A stretch of 64,000 nucleotides of DNA from contig CAWHDZ010000012.1 in assembly GCA_963828255.1 (NCBI GenBank), forward strand, positions 1 to 64,000, written 5' to 3'. Origin of the DNA: an uncultured delta proteobacterium (GTDB lineage Bacteria > Myxococcota > Myxococcia > Myxococcales > Anaeromyxobacteraceae). A program made the position numbers and the translations under genes. Position 1 is the first letter of the stretch. Every line of letters starts with the position of its first letter. The notes below the pieces were generated by a model, which worked only from the letters and a program-made list of their open reading frames with translations, was not told where the DNA came from and made no database searches. Below are positions 1 through 9,659 of the stretch, piece by piece.

Positions 1-39
1 GACAAGGGCACCTGGTACCTCGTCGTGCCGCCTCCGTAG
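1..39 (+). CDS. 3' end of an upstream CDS (partial), product unknown
   Basis: Frame 1 reads DKGTWYLVVPPP-stop with GC-rich third positions; truncated by the window edge. Confidence 0.5.
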   Translation, partial: DKGTWYLVVPPP

Positions 40-80
40 CGCATGAGCCTGACGGATCCATCCAGGAGAGGGAGTTCTTC

Positions 81-1880
81 ATGAAGACCTTGCGCGGACG
101 ATCGGCCCTCGCCGGACTCGTCGGCCTGGCTGCTGCGCTGACCGCACCCGCCACGTCCCTCGCAGCCGACGCACCCCGCCGGCCCAACATCGTCATCATC
201 CTGGGGGACGACCTCGGGTACTCCGACATGGGCGCGTTCGGCAGCGAGATCAAGACGCCGAACCTCGATGCCCTGGCCGCGAACGGCACGCGCTTCACCG
301 ACTTCTACACCCACGCGAGTTGCTCGCCCACCCGCTCCATGATCCTGAGCGGAGTCGACACCCACGTGAACGGGCTGGGCAACATGGACGAGTGGACGGC
401 GCCCAACCAGAAGGGCGTCCCGGGCTACGAAGGGCACCTCAACCACCGCGTGGCCACCCTGCCGCAGCTGCTCCGGGATTCCGGCTACCACACGTACATG
501 GTGGGCAAGTGGCACCTGGGGAAGTCGCCCGACCTCATTCCGGCGGCTCGCGGGTTCGAGCGGGACTTCTCGCTGCTCGACGGGGCGGGAAGCTACTGGG
601 ACATGACCAACTTCACCGCCATGTCGCCGCGGTCGGTCTACACGGAGGACGGGAAGTACCTGAGCTCGCTGCCGTCAGACTTCTACGCGACGAAGACCTA
701 CACCGACAAGCTCATCGGCTTCATCGATGCCAACCGCGGTGACGGCAAGCCCTTCTTCGCCTACGTCGCGCACCAGGCGCCGCACGACCCCTACCACCTG
801 CCCCGCGACTGGCGCTCCCGCCACGTCGGCGAGTACGACAAGGGCTGGGACGCCGTCCGACAGGAGAGGATGAAGCGGCAGATCGAGTCCGGAATCCTGC
901 CCAAGGACGCGGACCTCTCCGAGCGGATGTGGTTCATTCCCGATCCCATCGTGCTCGCGCCGGTCGCCCGGGCCCTGCTCGGAAAGAAGATGGAACTCTA
1001 TGCCGGCATGGTGGAGAACCTCGACTTCCACGTCGGCCGACTCGTCGATCACCTGAAGGAGATCGGCGAGTACGACAACACGGTGTTCATCGTGTTCGGG
1101 GACAACGGCGCGGAGGGCACCGACCTCTTCGCCATGATCTCCGGCAGTCCCGGCACGCTGAACTTCCTCTTCGCCGCGCAGAACTGGTCGAACACCCATC
1201 CCAACGCCTGGGGCGACCCGGGGTCGTACGTCGCCTACGGGCCGATGTGGGCGCAGGTCTCGATGACGCCCTTCAGCCAGTACAAGGGATGGGTCGCGGA
1301 AGGGGGCGTCCGGAACGCGCTCATCGTCAGCGGTCCAGTCGTGAAGCGGGTCAAGGGAGACATCAACCACGGGGTCATGCACGTGGCCGACATCCTGCCC
1401 ACGCTGCTCGAGATCGCCGGCACGACGTACCCGAAGACGCAGGGTGGGCAGGCGCTTCCCCCGCTCATCGGCAAGTCGTGGGGCCCGGTGCTCGCCGGCA
1501 AGGCGGAGTCGCCGCGGACGGAAGAGGACTACCTCGCCTGGGAGCTCTTCGGGAACCACGCCGTCCGCCAGGGGGACTGGAAGCTGCGCTGGCAGTACAA
1601 GCCGCTCGGCAAGGGGGAATGGGAGCTCTTCAACCTGAAGACGGATCCCGGTGAGCGGAAGGACCTGGCCGCGGCGCGGCCCGACAAGGTGAAGGCGCTC
1701 GTCGCGCTCTGGAACGACTACGTCAAGGCCAACAACGTGATCCTGCCCAGCCGCTCGGTGTTCGAGACCCTGGTGGACCAGCTCCCGCCGCGCACGCCGG
1801 TCGATCCGGGATTCCCCCCGCTCATCTACAAGCGGCAGTTCGTGCCCCCGAAGGACCTGGTGGCGGAGCCCAAGCCATGA
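81..1880 (+). CDS. Arylsulfatase (Cys-type, formylglycine-dependent), secreted
   Basis: Signal peptide; PNIVIILGDDLG, CSPTRSMILSG (CxPxR), GKWHLG and GDNG motifs; purine-rich RBS upstream. Confidence 0.93.
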   Translation: MKTLRGRSALAGLVGLAAALTAPATSLAADAPRRPNIVIILGDDLGYSDMGAFGSEIKTPNLDALAANGTRFTDFYTHASCSPTRSMILSGVDTHVNGLGNMDEWTAPNQKGVPGYEGHLNHRVATLPQLLRDSGYHTYMVGKWHLGKSPDLIPAARGFERDFSLLDGAGSYWDMTNFTAMSPRSVYTEDGKYLSSLPSDFYATKTYTDKLIGFIDANRGDGKPFFAYVAHQAPHDPYHLPRDWRSRHVGEYDKGWDAVRQERMKRQIESGILPKDADLSERMWFIPDPIVLAPVARALLGKKMELYAGMVENLDFHVGRLVDHLKEIGEYDNTVFIVFGDNGAEGTDLFAMISGSPGTLNFLFAAQNWSNTHPNAWGDPGSYVAYGPMWAQVSMTPFSQYKGWVAEGGVRNALIVSGPVVKRVKGDINHGVMHVADILPTLLEIAGTTYPKTQGGQALPPLIGKSWGPVLAGKAESPRTEEDYLAWELFGNHAVRQGDWKLRWQYKPLGKGEWELFNLKTDPGERKDLAAARPDKVKALVALWNDYVKANNVILPSRSVFETLVDQLPPRTPVDPGFPPLIYKRQFVPPKDLVAEPKP

Positions 1881-2878
1881 TCGCACTGGACGGAGGTCCC
1901 ATGAGGCCGGTTGCACCGCTCCGCTTCCTCCCCGCCCTGCTCGCCGCGCTGTGCGTGCTGTCCCCGCGCGTGGCGGAGGCGCAGGCGCGCTACTACTGGA
2001 AGTCGCTCGCCGGGGTGAACGTCGTCCCGGTCATCTTCGAGGTGCTGAGCGGCAACGCGAACCCGGCCGACCCGGCCCACACGGTCGTGCCCGGCAGCAC
2101 CGTCTCGGGAACGATCGGCATGGCCGGCTACTCGCGAATGTTCTCGCTCTTCGACCGCGGGGCGATGGCCGCGATCATCGTCCCCATGGGGCACATCTCG
2201 GGCGAGTCCAGGCTCGCGGGCAACACATTCTTCCAGTCGGCGAACGGCTTCGGCGATCCGATGATCGAGCTGGTCGTGAACGTCATCGGCCCGCCCGCGC
2301 AGAAGAATCTCGCCGACGTCGTGCGCTACGAGCCCGGGTTCTCCCTTGACGTCCTCGCCGACCTGGCGTTCCCCATCGGCCAGTACAGCAGCAGCCAGCC
2401 CCTGAACCTCGGACAGAACCGCTGGTACGGGCGCGTGGGCGCGCCCATCGTCTGGCAACTCGGGCCATGGGTCCCGGGGGAGCGGACGACCGTGGAGGCC
2501 CTTCCCGCGCTGTGGTGGTTCGCGGCCAACACCAACTACATGGGGGGGAAGACCCTCACGACGGACCTCCTCTTCCAGCTCGACGGGCACGTGACGCGCG
2601 ACCTCACGTCGAGCCTCTGGGTGTCCCTCGACGTCCTCTGGTTCCTCGGGGGAACCACGTCCATCGACGGCGTCGCCGGGGACAAGCTCGGCAACTTCGG
2701 CATCGGCGCCACGGCCGGCTACCAGATCACGGAGAACCTGGGGCTCACGGCGAGCTACATGATGCTCGTGAGCAGCGGCTCCCCCAACTCCCTGCAGATG
2801 GACAAGTTCGTGTTCTCGCTCCTCTACGGGTGGCATTCCCTCGTCGAGGGGGCGCGGCGGCTGGAGGAGAACAAGTAG
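1877..2878 (+). CDS. Outer-membrane beta-barrel 'transporter' (MetA-pathway of phenol degradation/SphA-like)
   Basis: Signal peptide, GFGDP motif, FPIGQYSSSQPLNLGQNRW motif, amphipathic strands; true start may be ATG at 1901. Confidence 0.75.
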   Translation: MIALDGGPMRPVAPLRFLPALLAALCVLSPRVAEAQARYYWKSLAGVNVVPVIFEVLSGNANPADPAHTVVPGSTVSGTIGMAGYSRMFSLFDRGAMAAIIVPMGHISGESRLAGNTFFQSANGFGDPMIELVVNVIGPPAQKNLADVVRYEPGFSLDVLADLAFPIGQYSSSQPLNLGQNRWYGRVGAPIVWQLGPWVPGERTTVEALPALWWFAANTNYMGGKTLTTDLLFQLDGHVTRDLTSSLWVSLDVLWFLGGTTSIDGVAGDKLGNFGIGATAGYQITENLGLTASYMMLVSSGSPNSLQMDKFVFSLLYGWHSLVEGARRLEENK

Positions 2879-2905
2879 GAGGGGAAGGCCGCTCCGGACT
2901 CCCGC

Positions 2906-3942
2906 TTGCGCCACCGCCATGCGAATCTCTCCGCCGCCACCGTCGCTCTGGTCGCGCTCGTCTCTCCCGGGCCCGCGGTCGCCCGGGAGACGACCGACCT
3001 CGTCGTGCTCGTGAACGGGAACAACCTCAACGGCGAGATCATGGGACTCTCGCGCGGGAAGCTCGACTTCAAGACCGACGACGCGGGCCGGCTCTCCGTC
3101 GAGTGGCTCAAGGTGGTCCGGGTAAAGAGCACGTTCACCTACGAGGTCGAGACCTCGGCAGGGGTGAAGCGCTACAGCGCCCTGTTCGCGCCGGACGGCG
3201 ACGAACGCGGCGTCGTCCAACTGCACGACGGAACCCGGATCCCCGTGGAGGAGATCGTCTCCCTTGTCCCCATCGACGCCGGCTTCTTCAGCCGGCTCAG
3301 TGCGTACTTCGACCTCGGGCTCTCGCTCGCCAAGGCGAACAACGCACTCACCCTCACCTCGGACGGCTTCGTCGGCTACCGCGGCGAGCGGATGGGTACG
3401 AGCATCCAGTTCAACCTGTACCTGCAAGGCACGAACGGTACCCCCGCCGCGTCCAGCGCCACGATCCAGTGGACGGGAGACCTGTACTTCGGTCGATGGA
3501 CGGCCACGGTTGGCGCCGTCGGCCAGGAGAACAGCGAACTCGACCTCAAGCTCCGCCTCATCCTGCTCGGCGGCGCCAGGTACTCGGCCATCCAGACGAA
3601 TTTGATGGAGTTGTTCGCGACCGCAGGACTCGCTGGAATCCGGGAGCAGTACACGACGGGAGACCCCAGGTGGTACCTCGCCGGACACCTGGCTGGCTCG
3701 TGGAGCGTCTTTCGCTACGACAGCCCGAAGCTCGACGCGCAGGTCGACCTGGCCGCGTTTCCGTACCTCACCGATTTCGGGCGTGTCCTGCTCCAGGGGG
3801 GATCAGGGTCACCTACGAAATCTTCCTGGATTTCAACACGGGGCTGAACTTCACCGACACGTACGACACCCGGCCCCCGGAGGGCGGGGTGAACAACGAC
3901 TTCAACCTGTCGATCACCATCGGGTGGTCGTACAGGCGGTGA
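2906..3942 (+). CDS. DUF481-like outer-membrane beta-barrel protein, frameshifted at the G6 run 3796-3801
   Basis: N-terminal DLVVLVNGNNLNGEI motif; adding one G joins it to the frame ending ...FNLSITIGWSYRR, a barrel-type C-terminus. Confidence 0.7.
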
Positions 3943-3949
3943 CGCCGAG

Positions 3950-5320
3950 ATGGCGCAAGACCCGACCATGGACGGAAGGCCTCCGATGCGAGGTGCGTGG
4001 TGGATGTCCCTCGTGGTGGTGCTCGTCGTGCCTGGACTCGTCGTGCCGGGGCTCGGGTGGGCCGCGGACGAGGAGATCCGGGCCGACGAGGTCTGTGCCG
4101 ACGACATCCGGCAGCTCTGCCCGGACGTGAAGCCGGGGAGCAGCCGCGTCGTCGAGTGCCTGCAGAAGAACAAGGCCCGGGTCTCGGCCGCCTGCGGCGC
4201 GCGCCTTGACGCCTCCCACCAGAAGGCGAAGGCGCTCATCGAGGAGTTCGGACGGTCGTGTCGCAGGGACGTGGATCGCTTCTGCCCGGGGGTCGATCCC
4301 GGCGGTGGGCGCGTGCTGGGATGTCTCAACCAGCACCTGCCCGAGCTCTCCCCGCCGTGCAAGGGCGAGATGAGCCGGATCAGCGACGCCCGGGAGCGCA
4401 TCGCCACCCTGCGGAGCGCCTGCCAGGCCGACGCCGCCCGCCTGTGCCGCGACGTCCCCCAGCTGGCGGGCCCGCTGCTGGAGTGCCTCCAGGCGAACGA
4501 AGCCAAGCTGTCGCCAGAGTGCAACGCGGCCGACGTTCGCAAGGCGATGGAGGCCGCGAGCCTGGTCGACGTCGTCGAGGAGATGGGCAACAAGGACCGG
4601 ATCCTGGAGGCGCTCGAGATCCTGCAGGGGATCGACTCGGTCGCCTTCGCTCGAAGCCAGATCCTCATCCAGGTGGACGGCTTCACCCGGTACCAGGACG
4701 TCGCCAACTCCGGCGTGCTGACCTTCAACCCGCAGTTCGTGTTTGGGCGCCGCAACGAGTTCGCCGTCCAGGCCAAGGTCCCGCTACTCGTCAGCGTCCC
4801 CACCGACCCCAGCTACCCCACCATGCTCGGCGTGGGAACCCTGTTCACGTCCTTCACCTGGAACTTCTTCGCCCAGGGGCAGGTGCGCCAGTACCTCGGG
4901 CTGGGCATGCAGTGGGAGACGGCCACGTTCCCGGTCACCGGCTACACGTGGGGCCTCGTTCCCTCCTACGCCGTCGCCGTTGGCCTGGCCCGGTGGGTGT
5001 CGCTCACCACGCAGGTCTACTGGATGCGCTCGCTCGGGACGAGCGACGGCTACCAGGAGTTGAACCAGCTCTGGTTCGAGCCCATCCTGGTCTTCAACCT
5101 TCCCGGCAGGACGTTCCTGGCCCTCGACACCAAGCTCGGCTGGGATTTCTTCCGGGGCACCTTCGCCCCGGTGATGAAGGGCGTGGGGGGCATCTTCGTG
5201 GACCGGCAGAGGTCGGTGTCCATCTCGGCGTGGTACCAGGCGGCGCTCACCAGCGCCGCCGTGCCGGTGACCTTCAAGTACGGGGTCGGGCTCGGCCTCG
5301 CCTACTACTTCGACTGGTGA
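3950..5320 (+). CDS. Secreted protein: three GLG1-type cysteine-rich repeats plus a C-terminal beta-barrel
   Basis: Three C-x2-D-x4-C...CL...S-x2-C repeats; amphipathic strands ending GLGLAYYFDW. Confidence 0.7.
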   Translation: MAQDPTMDGRPPMRGAWWMSLVVVLVVPGLVVPGLGWAADEEIRADEVCADDIRQLCPDVKPGSSRVVECLQKNKARVSAACGARLDASHQKAKALIEEFGRSCRRDVDRFCPGVDPGGGRVLGCLNQHLPELSPPCKGEMSRISDARERIATLRSACQADAARLCRDVPQLAGPLLECLQANEAKLSPECNAADVRKAMEAASLVDVVEEMGNKDRILEALEILQGIDSVAFARSQILIQVDGFTRYQDVANSGVLTFNPQFVFGRRNEFAVQAKVPLLVSVPTDPSYPTMLGVGTLFTSFTWNFFAQGQVRQYLGLGMQWETATFPVTGYTWGLVPSYAVAVGLARWVSLTTQVYWMRSLGTSDGYQELNQLWFEPILVFNLPGRTFLALDTKLGWDFFRGTFAPVMKGVGGIFVDRQRSVSISAWYQAALTSAAVPVTFKYGVGLGLAYYFDW

Positions 5321-5361
5321 CGGAATACGGTGCGACGACCACCCGAGCAGCAGGAGGATCG

Positions 5362-6804
5362 ATGACCCGACCGAACGTCAGGAACAAGCTGGGGTCCCCC
5401 CCGAAGGACGGCGCGCCGGTCCCGGTGGCCCCGGGCGCAGGGGGGCAGTTCCCGTCGTGGAGGGACCGCTACGCCGCGGGCAAGGCCTTGCGACAGTCCT
5501 GCCCCCGGGAGTCGCACTCGACCTGGAAGGCCCCGCCCGCTCGGGCGGACCCGATCGAGATGGTCCTCGCGGCAGAGAAGGGGCGGCTGCCGGAGTTGCT
5601 CCCGCTCCGCCACGGCCGCATGGCCCGTTCCGCATTCACGTTCTACCGGGGATCGGCCCTTCCGATGGCGGCCGACCTGGCCACCACTCCGACGTCGGGA
5701 ATCCGCGTCCAGTGCTGCGGGGACGCCCACCTCTCCAACTTCGGTGGATTCGCGACGCCGGAGCGGAGGATCATCTTCTCCATCAACGACCTCGACGAGA
5801 CCCTTCCGGCTCCATGGGAGTGGGACGTCAAGCGCCTCGCCGCGAGCTTCGTCGTGGCCTGCCGGGACAACGACCTGAAGGACGCGGCGGGCAGGGGCGT
5901 GGTGACGACCTGCGTTCGCACCTACCGCGAGGCGATGGCCGGGTACAGCAAGATGAACACGCTGGAGCTCTGGTACGAGTCGCTGGAGGCCCGTGACCTG
6001 CTGCGCACCATCAAGGACCCGGCGATGCACCGGCGAGTCGTCGAGCGGCTGGAGAAGGAGAGGGGGAAGAGCAAGGGCGAGGAGATCTTCCCGAAGCTCG
6101 CGGCGCACAGGGGGGACCTGCCCGTCATCAAGGATCAGCTCCCGACCATCTTCCACCACGAGGATCACACTCCCGGCGAGATTCACCAGGCCGTCCGGGA
6201 CACGATCGCCGGATACCGCGCCACGCTGCCACCCGCCTACCAGTCCCTGCTCGACCGCTACGAGTTGCGGGACGCCGCCATCAAGGTGGTGGGGATCGGA
6301 AGCGTCGGGACGTCGTGCTGGGTGCTGCTCTTCATGGCCGGCGAGGGCGATCCCCTCTTCCTCCAGGTCAAGGAGGCGCGCAGCTCCGTGCTGGAGCGCT
6401 ACGCGGGGAAGAGCGCCTTTCCGAACCAGGGCCAGCGCGTGGTGGACGGATACCGACGGATGCAGCCGGCGAGCGACATGTTCCTCGGATGGACCCGGGG
6501 CCCGAAGCGCGACTTCTTCGTGCGCCAGCTCCGGGACATCAAGGTCAGCCCCCGGGTAGAGACCTTCGACGAGACCGTGATGGACCAGTACGCCACCTGG
6601 TGCGGGAAGGCCCTGGCGCTGTCCCACGCCCGCTCCGGGCTCTCCGCGGAGCTCAGCGGGTACATGGGGAAGAGCGACACGTTCGACGAGGCCATCGCGT
6701 CATTCTCGATGGCCTATGCGGATCAGAACGAGAAGGACCACGCGGCACTCGAGCGGGCGGTCCGCAAGGGCAAGGTGAAGGCGACCTTCGAAGAGGATCG
6801 GTGA
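5362..6804 (+). CDS. DUF2252 family protein (kinase-like fold)
   Basis: RHGRMARSAFTFYRGSA, CGDAHLSNFG, INDLDET, KVVGIGSVGT, LFLQVKEA motifs; RBS AGGAGG before ATG 5362. Confidence 0.9.
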   Translation: MTRPNVRNKLGSPPKDGAPVPVAPGAGGQFPSWRDRYAAGKALRQSCPRESHSTWKAPPARADPIEMVLAAEKGRLPELLPLRHGRMARSAFTFYRGSALPMAADLATTPTSGIRVQCCGDAHLSNFGGFATPERRIIFSINDLDETLPAPWEWDVKRLAASFVVACRDNDLKDAAGRGVVTTCVRTYREAMAGYSKMNTLELWYESLEARDLLRTIKDPAMHRRVVERLEKERGKSKGEEIFPKLAAHRGDLPVIKDQLPTIFHHEDHTPGEIHQAVRDTIAGYRATLPPAYQSLLDRYELRDAAIKVVGIGSVGTSCWVLLFMAGEGDPLFLQVKEARSSVLERYAGKSAFPNQGQRVVDGYRRMQPASDMFLGWTRGPKRDFFVRQLRDIKVSPRVETFDETVMDQYATWCGKALALSHARSGLSAELSGYMGKSDTFDEAIASFSMAYADQNEKDHAALERAVRKGKVKATFEEDR

Positions 6805-7228
6805 TGGCGCCCAGCGCTCGCACCCCCGCCCGGGCACCGGGAGACCTTGCCCGAGGCTATCGGTGGGCTGCCGCGGCCTGGTCGGATGCGCGTCGGCGGA
6901 TCACCTCCACGGCGGCGCAACTTCCCGCGTCGCTCAGCGCCCGCTCGGCGACGATGGCACCCGCCCGGATGAAGAGCTCGGCACCGGGAGCGGGGAGGGT
7001 GCTCGGCAGCTCTGCCCGCAGTCCGCCAGCAGTCCACGCGTCGCGTCGGGTGCCTCTTCGTGCATCGCGTGCGATCCAGGCGGATCCCCCGCTCCAGCGA
7101 AATCAGCCGCTTGACGCTCGGTGCAATCCGGTGAAGCGCGTGCGATCGGCCCCGGCTCGATTCGAGCCGAAGCTGCGATCAGGGCTCTTCGTGCACGCGT
7201 TCTGAATCAGACTCGGGTTTCGCCGTTT

Positions 7229-7504
7229 TCAACCATCGGCGGGTAGGTCTGCGCAGCATTTCTTGAACTTCTTGCCCGAGCCGCACGGGCAGGGGTCGTT
7301 GCGGCCGACCTTGGGCCCGGTCAGGGCGGGGGAAGGTGGGGCGAGGATCCGCTCGACGTCGCTAATGTCCTCGGCCTTGTCCGGCTCGACGCCGACGAGC
7401 ACCTGAATGTCGTTCTCGTTGCAGAGGGCCAGGATCTCGGCGGCGCGGTCCTGAGTCTGGACGCGGACGACGGCTGGGCGCTGCTTGGTCCCGATTCTTG
7501 CCAC
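7229..7504 (-). CDS. SEC-C metal-binding motif protein (IS passenger)
   Basis: C-terminal [28 protein letters not shown] before GTG; lies inside the TIRs. Confidence 0.85.
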   Translation of the reverse strand: MARIGTKQRPAVVRVQTQDRAAEILALCNENDIQVLVGVEPDKAEDISDVERILAPPSPALTGPKVGRNDPCPCGSGKKFKKCCADLPADG

Positions 7505-7545
7505 AGGATCCTCCGGGGCGTACCTCGCTGGTCAGGAGGTCGCCG

Positions 7546-8892
7546 ATGGTCCACGAGGCTCTTCGCACGTTGTTGGACGCGCTGGAAGTGGTTCGACCTG
7601 CCTTCACTCGGCCCGGCTACGCCAACCTGGTGGTGGTCTTCGCGGGGTGGGCGCTCACCGCCGGGCCGCACGCGGTGACGCAGGCGCTGGTGACCACCGG
7701 CGTTGCCGGTCGCCGCCACCACGAGGCGTTCCACCGATTCTTCTCGCGCGGAACGTGGGAGCCCGACGAGGTCGGCCGGCTGCTCTTCGGATGGATCTCC
7801 CGCCACTTGCCGAGGGGCGCCGCGATCCGCGTCGTGCTCGACGATACTCTCGCCACCAAGAAGGGGCCGCACGTCTTCGGCATCGGCAGCCATCTCGACG
7901 CGGTCCGATCCACTCGCCGGCAGAAGATCTTCGCCTTTGGCCACTGCTGGGTGGTGCTGGCAGTGCTCCTGCCGGTACCGTTCTCGGCGCGCGTCTTCGC
8001 TCTCCCCGTGTTGTTCCGGCTCTATCGCACCGTGAAGAGTTGCGAGCGGGCCGGCCAGCCGCATCGCAAGAAGACCCAGTTGGCGCGCGACCTGCTCGAC
8101 GTGCTCGCAAAATGGGTCGGCAGCCAGCGCGTGGAACTTGCCGCAGACAGCGCCTACTGCAACGACACCATCATGCGCGGGCTGCCCAGCAACTTCGTAC
8201 TGTTCGGCGCGATGCGGCCGGATGCCGTGCTGACCGCTCTTCCTCCCGCCCGACCGCGCAAGCCCGGCCGCCCGTCACGTCGAGGCCGCACCGTGGCGAA
8301 GCCCGAGGTCATCGCCAAGGACGGCCGCCGACCGTGGCTCTCGTGCGAGGCCCATCTCTACGGCGTGCGCCGCGTGGTTCGATTCAAGACAGTCGATGCC
8401 CAGTGGTATCGAGCCTGCGGCGTCGGCCTCCTGCGCATCGTCGTCGTGAAGGTCGAGGACGGCGCCATTGGCACACGCGTGTTCTTCTCCACCGACGCCA
8501 CTCTCGACGTACCGCGCATCCTCGAGACCTACGCCGGCCGCTGGGCCATCGAGGTCTGCTTCCGCGACCTCAAGCAACTCCTCGGCTTCGGCGACTCCAG
8601 CGCCCGCAAGCGTGCTGCCGTCGAGCGCACCGCCCCCTTCGTCGGCTTCGTCTACACCACGCTCGTCCTCTGGTTCTCCGAGGGCATCTACCGGACTCGC
8701 ATCGCCACCCCGCCAGTCCGGCCGTGGTACCGCCACAAGCAGGGGCTCAGCTTCGCCGACGTCCTTCGCACCGCTCAGCGCGCGCTCACGCCGCTGGACG
8801 TTCTGGATCCGCGCCGGAGTCTCGGTAACTTACGTAAACCCCGGCCGCAGTCCCACAGGCCACGAGAATCATGGCTCAGGCGCGCCGCGTAA
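7546..8892 (+). CDS. DDE transposase (IS4 superfamily)
   Basis: VLDDT, AADSAY and the YREK signature YAGRWAIEVCFRDLK; RBS AGGAGG; stop codon overlaps the right TIR. Confidence 0.92.
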   Translation: MVHEALRTLLDALEVVRPAFTRPGYANLVVVFAGWALTAGPHAVTQALVTTGVAGRRHHEAFHRFFSRGTWEPDEVGRLLFGWISRHLPRGAAIRVVLDDTLATKKGPHVFGIGSHLDAVRSTRRQKIFAFGHCWVVLAVLLPVPFSARVFALPVLFRLYRTVKSCERAGQPHRKKTQLARDLLDVLAKWVGSQRVELAADSAYCNDTIMRGLPSNFVLFGAMRPDAVLTALPPARPRKPGRPSRRGRTVAKPEVIAKDGRRPWLSCEAHLYGVRRVVRFKTVDAQWYRACGVGLLRIVVVKVEDGAIGTRVFFSTDATLDVPRILETYAGRWAIEVCFRDLKQLLGFGDSSARKRAAVERTAPFVGFVYTTLVLWFSEGIYRTRIATPPVRPWYRHKQGLSFADVLRTAQRALTPLDVLDPRRSLGNLRKPRPQSHRPRESWLRRAA

Positions 8893-8906
8893 CGGCGAAA
8901 CCCGAG

Positions 8907-9659
8907 TCAGAGCGTGACGTCGAACCCGAACGCGAGGAAGTTCACGAGCGCGAAGTTGTAGACGCTGGAGTTGTCCCCCCCGCCCTCGAGGATGCGGTAG
9001 CCGACGCGGCCGCTGACCGCATCGCCGAAGCGGTAGCGAACCCCGAGGAACACGTCCTCGGCGCGCCCCTGGGGGACCGCGAGCGCGTCCCCGTCGAGGA
9101 GGATCGCCCAGGCTCCGGCGAAATTCCAGGCCACCTTGAAGCTCAACAGGGGAACGACCCCGACGTTGTCCTTCACCTGGTGGAGGCCGCCGCCGGTGAG
9201 GGAGATCGACGCCACGCGGACCAAGGCGGTCGCGCCGACGGCGACCTGCCAGCTCTCGTTGTCGACGACGTAGTAGCGGTACGTCAGCCGGTAGGTATCG
9301 AAGGTCCAGTTCGCGTCGAGGAACGTGTTCGCCGGGAACACGGCGTCCACGAAGAGGACGTCGTACGGGACCGTGCCCGTCGCGCGAATCGTCACGGGGC
9401 CGAAGAAGCCGAAGATCTCGTGGCGGCCGATGCGGACACCCGCGCGCGCCCGGAAGTACGGGATGGCCGGGGCCTTGAGCTGCTGCGTCAGCGAGAAGCT
9501 CGTCCCGCCGTCCCCGGGAATGCGGACGTCGTTGTACCCGGGGAAGGCCGGGCCGGCCTCGAAGTCCACGAAGGGCCGGACCTCGATCCCGCGTGCGCGG
9601 TCCGGTGCGAGGACCCCGAGGAAGAGCAGCACCGCCAGCAATCCCGCTCGACGCATCAT
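8907..9659 (-). CDS. Outer-membrane beta-barrel protein
   Basis: Signal peptide MMRRAGLLAVLLF; amphipathic strands; NDVRIPG and GYRILEGG motifs; stop codon lies in the IS target duplication. Confidence 0.7.
   Translation of the reverse strand: MMRRAGLLAVLLFLGVLAPDRARGIEVRPFVDFEAGPAFPGYNDVRIPGDGGTSFSLTQQLKAPAIPYFRARAGVRIGRHEIFGFFGPVTIRATGTVPYDVLFVDAVFPANTFLDANWTFDTYRLTYRYYVVDNESWQVAVGATALVRVASISLTGGGLHQVKDNVGVVPLLSFKVAWNFAGAWAILLDGDALAVPQGRAEDVFLGVRYRFGDAVSGRVGYRILEGGGDNSSVYNFALVNFLAFGFDVTL

Larger units (their letters stand above)
7212..8906. mobile_element. Complete insertion sequence (IS4 superfamily, IS701/ISH3-like), 1695 bp, with a passenger gene
   Basis: Perfect 16-bp TIRs CTCGGGTTTCGCCGTT (7212-7227) and AACGGCGAAACCCGAG (8891-8906); flanking 5-bp direct repeat TCAGA (7207-7211, 8907-8911). 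Confidence 0.9.

Noticed and set aside
6858..7060. Minus-strand open stretch (…LFIRAGAIVAERALSDAG…)
   Set aside because: No convincing start, RBS or recognisable motif; not called as a gene.
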